Below, piece by piece: positions 59,540 through 64,000 of a stretch of DNA of 64,000 nucleotides; positions within the stretch are counted from its first letter, which is position 1, and every line of letters starts with the position of its first letter. The DNA is from an uncultured Gammaproteobacteria bacterium (GTDB taxonomy: Bacteria > Pseudomonadota > Gammaproteobacteria > CAWCPV01), in the NCBI GenBank assembly GCA_963797555.1, contig CAWCPV010000005.1:64001-128000 (forward strand), given 5' to 3'. The notes under the pieces are model-generated. The model worked only from the letters and a program-made list of their open reading frames with translations. It had not been told where the DNA came from and did not search any database. The translations under genes and the position numbers were made by a program.

Positions 59540-60403
59540 ATGTTCCTCGTACAGCTTCTGAAGGTCCTCTCCAGGCTGCCGCTGGGCATGCTGTACGCCT
59601 TTGGAACCTTCGCCTACGTCATCGCATACCATGTCATGCGGTTTCGTCGGGACGTGGTGCTGAGGAACCTGCGCAACTGTTTTCCGGACCTCGAACAAGC
59701 GCAACTCGCCCGCCTCTGCAGAACCTCCTACCGACACCTTGGCCAAGTGCTGGCAGAGGCCATCAAGGGCCTCACCATAAGTGAGGGCGAGCTGCGCCGG
59801 CGGGTGAGGTTCGTCAATCTGGAAGTCCTGGAAGAATTCGCCCAGCGCGGGGAGTCCGTCATCCTCCTCGCAAGCCACCAATGCAATTGGGAATGGCTGC
59901 TGCTGGCCGCTTGCCTGGAGCTGCCCTTCCGGGTCGATGCGGTGTACAAGCCGCTGCACAATGCGCCTGTCGACAGTCTTATGCTGGAGGCGCGATCGCG
60001 GTTCGGGGGCCGACCCATCCCCGTGCAGCGCTTTCTCACCGAAGTGATGCGGCGTAGGGGTGGCGCCCGAGGATTCGCGCTGGTCGCCGACCAGACGCCC
60101 CTGCGGCACGAGGAGAAGTACTGGACCAGATTCCTGAATCAGGATACGGCCTTCTACGTGGGACCACAGAAAATCGCGAAGATCACCAACTCCCCCGTAG
60201 TCTTCATTCGCATGATGCGCACCCGTAGAGGCCATTATGACGTCCGGCTGAGAACCTTGGCTTGCCCACCCTATTCTGCGGATGGGTATGAGATCATCGA
60301 GGCATATGTACGCGAAGCCGAGAGACAGGTACTGGACCATCCGCCCGACTGGCTGTGGATCTACCGCAAGTGGAAATACAAGAAGCCGCTGTACGCCTCA
60401 TGA
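59540..60403 (+). CDS. LpxL/HtrB-like lipid acyltransferase
   Basis: RRDVVLRNL..CFP, SHQCNWE catalytic H-x4-E, YKPL.N, LVADQ, P.DWLW.YRKWK. Confidence 0.88.
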   Translation: MFLVQLLKVLSRLPLGMLYAFGTFAYVIAYHVMRFRRDVVLRNLRNCFPDLEQAQLARLCRTSYRHLGQVLAEAIKGLTISEGELRRRVRFVNLEVLEEFAQRGESVILLASHQCNWEWLLLAACLELPFRVDAVYKPLHNAPVDSLMLEARSRFGGRPIPVQRFLTEVMRRRGGARGFALVADQTPLRHEEKYWTRFLNQDTAFYVGPQKIAKITNSPVVFIRMMRTRRGHYDVRLRTLACPPYSADGYEIIEAYVREAERQVLDHPPDWLWIYRKWKYKKPLYAS

Positions 60404-62356
60404 GACCAAGCCCCCCTGCAGATGGGCAGCCAGATCCGCGATGGTGGGATGCTCGAAGAGGTCTTGGATGTCCACCCTGCCGGGGAAGACCTTTTCCATC
60501 CGCTCGTAAATCTGGGCAAGAATTAAAGAGCTGGTTCCAATCTCGAATAGGTTGTCGTGCAGACCCACCTTCTTGCCCATCATGACGCTGTCGCAGATCT
60601 CCAGCAGAGTCCGCTCCACGGCCGTCGGCCCACCGGCCATCGCTTCCTCGTGTGTGGCCAGCAGCCTCTCCGTGTGCCTCAGGATCTCCGCGTGTTCCCC
60701 GAGCAGATACTCCTCGCCCAGCAGGTAGCGCTGGATCTTGCCGCTGGTGGTTTTCGGTATCCTGGTCACGGGAATGACGTGTGCCACCTCGACGCCCACC
60801 TGCTCGCTGATGTGCGTCTTGATCGCCCTGGCCATCGGAATAAAATCCCCGACAGGGCCTCGGTGCAGCACGAAGACCAATACCTCGTCCGTCGCGTCAC
60901 CTTCCCGTCTGACACCGCAGGCGGCCACCTTGCCGAGATCGACGTAGCCGCCCGAAACCGCGACAGCCTCCAGGTCATGAGGGAAGAAGTTCTGCCCGTT
61001 GACGAAGAGGATGTCCTTGGTCCGACCGGTGATTACGAGCCGGCCGTCCAGCATGAAACCCAGATCGCCGGTGTCCAGCCAACCGTCTGGACCGAGCACC
61101 GCGCGGGTCGCCTCCTCGTCGCCGTAGTAGCCGGCGGTGACGTTCCCGCCGCGGATCTGGATGTGACCGACGACCTTGTCGCCCAGGACAGCCCCCCGCT
61201 CATCGACGAGCCTCAGCTCGCAGTCTCGGATCGCACGGCCCACGCTCACGAAGATCGCCCGGTTCCCGGAGGCTGCGTCCACGAAACGCACGTGCGCCCC
61301 CACCCCCAGCACACGTCTGTCGACGGCGACCGACTGCACCCGCGCGCCAGGGTCAGGGAAGGTCACGGCCAGGCTCGCCTCAGCCAGCCCGTATACCGGG
61401 TACATGGCGGTCCGCTTCAGCCCGAACGGATCGAGCTTCGCGCAGAACTCGTTACACAGATCGAGAGCCACTGGCTCTGCCCCGTTGAAGATGAGACGCA
61501 CAGGCGCGAGATCAACGCCCGCGGCCTTTTCCGAAGAGAAGGCCCGCAGCAGGTGCTTGTAGCCAAAATTTGGGGAGCACGTGATGGTGGCGCGCTTCTC
61601 GCTTGCCTTCTGCAACCACAGCAAGGGGCGCCTCACGAACAGCTCGGTTGCCATGAGGAACTGGTTCACTCCCAGAACCAACGGCGTGAGGTGGAACCCA
61701 ATGAGCCCCATATCGTGGGTCAGTGGCATCCAGCTCAGGAAGGAGTCCGCCGCTGTCATCGCGCTGCTCGCGATGATGGCGTCGATGTTGACCATCAGGT
61801 TGCGATGCGTCAGCACCACGCCCTTTGGCTCGCTGGTGGAGCCGGACGAGAACTGAATGAACGCCGTGTCCGACGGGGCGGACCGGTATGGGTCGCCCGA
61901 GCGGGAGATGTCGTCGATCTCGTCCGCCAGGATGGTGCGCGGCCGCATCAGATCGAAGGCCGCAGCGAGTCCCTGGGTGCGGGCGAATGATTGCAGTCGT
62001 CCCAGGCTCTTGCGATCGGTATACAGGAACGGGTTGCGGAGCTTTCCGCCGACCCTCAATACTTTCAGACGGTGGTCGTCGGTGATCCCGAGCGCGAGCG
62101 GTACGGGCACGATTCCGCCGAGTAGACAAGCCCAAAAACCATCGACGAACTGCTCGTCGCTGCCGACCCAGAGAATCAGTTGGTCGCCCGGCCCCAAGCC
62201 TCGCCCTTGCAGGTGCCGCAGAATCCCAAGGGCTCGTTGGTAAAGGATCGGCAGCGAGACGGAGCGCTCATTACTCTCCCCGCCGATGTAGGTGATTGCC
62301 ACGTCGTCAGCGAGGCGCACATCAAGGGCCTCGGTCAGGGTGTTAAAGCTCCGCAT
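60398..62356 (-). CDS. Fatty acyl-AMP ligase fused to an acyl carrier protein (FAAL-ACP)
   Basis: FIQFSSGSTSEPKGV, SWMPLTHDMGLIG, SPNFGY, YGLAEASL, TGDLGF, GR.KD, PKTTSGKIQR; C-terminal ACP NLFEIGTSSL...LFEHPTI. Confidence 0.88.
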   Translation of the reverse strand: MRSFNTLTEALDVRLADDVAITYIGGESNERSVSLPILYQRALGILRHLQGRGLGPGDQLILWVGSDEQFVDGFWACLLGGIVPVPLALGITDDHRLKVLRVGGKLRNPFLYTDRKSLGRLQSFARTQGLAAAFDLMRPRTILADEIDDISRSGDPYRSAPSDTAFIQFSSGSTSEPKGVVLTHRNLMVNIDAIIASSAMTAADSFLSWMPLTHDMGLIGFHLTPLVLGVNQFLMATELFVRRPLLWLQKASEKRATITCSPNFGYKHLLRAFSSEKAAGVDLAPVRLIFNGAEPVALDLCNEFCAKLDPFGLKRTAMYPVYGLAEASLAVTFPDPGARVQSVAVDRRVLGVGAHVRFVDAASGNRAIFVSVGRAIRDCELRLVDERGAVLGDKVVGHIQIRGGNVTAGYYGDEEATRAVLGPDGWLDTGDLGFMLDGRLVITGRTKDILFVNGQNFFPHDLEAVAVSGGYVDLGKVAACGVRREGDATDEVLVFVLHRGPVGDFIPMARAIKTHISEQVGVEVAHVIPVTRIPKTTSGKIQRYLLGEEYLLGEHAEILRHTERLLATHEEAMAGGPTAVERTLLEICDSVMMGKKVGLHDNLFEIGTSSLILAQIYERMEKVFPGRVDIQDLFEHPTIADLAAHLQGGLVS

Positions 62357-63677
62357 CGGAAGGGTCGGTTCGTCTGTGGGGAATCATATGGAGGTCATGC
62401 TTGGTGCGCAGGTTGATGTGCGCCTCCAGCGCCAAGGGTTCTCGAAGGACGTACTCGAAACGGACGTGTCGCGCCATGGCCGCAAGGTGCATCTGCATCT
62501 CCACGAGCGCGAGAAGCTCGCCGACACAGCCTCTCGGACCCGCGGAGAAGGGAACGTAGGCAAAGTGGGGCCTGGCCTTCACCCGATCCGGCGCGAAGCG
62601 GTCCGGGTCGAAAAGTTCCGGAGTGCGCCAGTACGCGGGGTGCCGGTGGATGATATAGGGGGAGATGAAGACCTGCGTCCCCGGCGGCGCGTGGTAGCCG
62701 CCGACCTCGTCCTCGCCCAGTGCCCTACGTGTGAGCAGCCAGCCCGGCGGGTAGAGCCGCAGCGCCTCTTGCGCCACCTGCAGCGTGTACGGGAGCCTCG
62801 CAAGACGCTCGATATCTGGAAGCTCAGCCCCCAGCACGGCATCTACCTCTTCGTGCAGCCTCGCCTCTACCTCAGGGTGCTGGGACAGAAGGAGCCAGGT
62901 CGAGTTCAGGGCACTGGCCGTCGTCTCGTGACCCGCCACGATGAGGGTCATCGTCTCGTCCAACAACTGCCTGTCCGACATCGGCTCGCCCGTCGTTTCG
63001 TCGCGCGCACTCATCAGCATGCCGAGAAAGTCTGCGCGTTCCCTTCCTTCGCTACGCCGACGCTGGACACACTCACGCACGATGTTCGCGAGTGAGCGGA
63101 ACTTGAAGGCGAACGCCAGGTTCCTCTCGGGCTCGTCGGTCAATAGGGCGAACGGGTTGCGCCCCTGCTCCTGGACGATGCGCTCGAGATCTTCGCCGAA
63201 GGTGGCACGCAGCGTAATGTCCAGCGTAAGCTCGCTGGTATCCTGCGTGACGTTCACCGCTTGGCCCGCACCAACATGCCGCAGCCACTTGTGCAGCAGC
63301 AGTCGGTTCGAGCTGACGATGAGGTCAGATAGCCTGCCAATCAGCTTGTGGTGGAAGGCGGGCTGGATCATTCGCCGCTGCCGGCGCCAGAAGTCTCCTT
63401 CGCTCACCATGATGCCGTGACCCAGCAGGATCTGCACCCGGTCTATCCCGACCCCTTTCTCGAAGTTCTTCCGATTCGTCACCAGCACGTGCTTGACCTC
63501 GTCGGGGTGGCTCAGGACGTAAATGTCACCGCCGCCAGCGGGTGCAAACAGGCGATAGACGTCACCATACTGCCGGAACAACGCGTACAGCCGCTCCAAC
63601 GACCCGTCCGGGAAGCTGATGTCGAATGCTTCCTGAGGCCCCGGCGGCGAGCGCTTGTCTCGGCAGATTTCCGTCAT
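62343..63677 (-). CDS. Cytochrome P450
   Basis: AGHETT I-helix, EALRLYPP (ExxR), FDPDRF, PFSAGPRGCVG heme motif; its stop overlaps the FAAL start. Confidence 0.95.
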   Translation of the reverse strand: MTEICRDKRSPPGPQEAFDISFPDGSLERLYALFRQYGDVYRLFAPAGGGDIYVLSHPDEVKHVLVTNRKNFEKGVGIDRVQILLGHGIMVSEGDFWRRQRRMIQPAFHHKLIGRLSDLIVSSNRLLLHKWLRHVGAGQAVNVTQDTSELTLDITLRATFGEDLERIVQEQGRNPFALLTDEPERNLAFAFKFRSLANIVRECVQRRRSEGRERADFLGMLMSARDETTGEPMSDRQLLDETMTLIVAGHETTASALNSTWLLLSQHPEVEARLHEEVDAVLGAELPDIERLARLPYTLQVAQEALRLYPPGWLLTRRALGEDEVGGYHAPPGTQVFISPYIIHRHPAYWRTPELFDPDRFAPDRVKARPHFAYVPFSAGPRGCVGELLALVEMQMHLAAMARHVRFEYVLREPLALEAHINLRTKHDLHMIPHRRTDPSDAEL

Positions 63678-63767
63678 GAGATGGAGTGGTCACGGGAAAA
63701 ACTGGCTATTTTAACGCAATCTTGGCCCGAGGACCGCACCGAGCCCTTTTCTTCCAACACGGCCCCG

Positions 63768-64000
63768 TCAAGTCAGGTCGTTCCACAGATGCCGTAGGCG
63801 GTCTCGGGCCTGCAGCAGTTGTTCCGGCGGCTGCGGCCACTGCTCCAGGACCACCGAGCCACAAAACCCTCGTCTCAACAGACGCTGGATGAGTGCCCGC
63901 AGCCCGCGGTCATCGTGAGCGGCGGGACCGGTGAAGAGCGTCAGGTGACTGTCCCCATCTCCCCAGTTCTCGTGGGCGTACCAGTGGATGATGGGAACGT
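63768..64000 (-). CDS. C-terminal part of a sugar-phosphate isomerase/epimerase (AP-endonuclease-2 TIM barrel) family protein, cut by the window edge
   Basis: ...IIHWYAHENWGDGDSHLTLF...GFCGSVVLEQW...* with an H-E-N-x-G-x2-D-x-H metal-binding-like motif. Confidence 0.65.
   Translation of the reverse strand, partial: VPIIHWYAHENWGDGDSHLTLFTGPAAHDDRGLRALIQRLLRRGFCGSVVLEQWPQPPEQLLQARDRLRHLWNDLT

Overview
GC-rich gammaproteobacterial (Chromatiales-like) chromosomal segment. From 0.4 to 34 kb it is mostly conserved backbone: an Lpp-type lipoprotein between two L,D-transpeptidases, pyrE, rsmE, bioA, a complete Pil-Chp chemosensory cluster (pilGHIJK-chpABC), gshA-gshB, tonB-yqgE-ruvX-pyrRBC'D, pilT plus two pilU, and yggS-proC-yggT-yggU. 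From 34 to 48 kb it is a patchwork of accessory genes and eroded remnants (xth, IS110, nnrU, CP-ATP-grasp/alpha-E, SufU, ABC exporter, CHAP amidase). From 47.9 to 56.9 kb is a decayed island downstream of tRNA-Gln(CTG), with an nSTAND-FGE/CLec gene ending in what looks like a DGR variable region, an IS4/IS50-like element carrying DUF4338, an ISL3 nested in IS1380, IS1634 debris and a 287-bp micro-inversion. The right end has rpsI-rplM and a compact P450 / FAAL-ACP / LpxL-like acyltransferase / Sfp-PPTase cluster, a candidate uncharacterised lipid-tailoring system. Four otherwise conserved genes (chpA, gshA, prs, rplM) have +1 frameshifts. Three can be repaired at the same context (GACGTC read as GAACGTC), which suggests motif-specific sequencing error, possibly caused by methylation. 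All family assignments come from motif recognition by eye; no searches were run.
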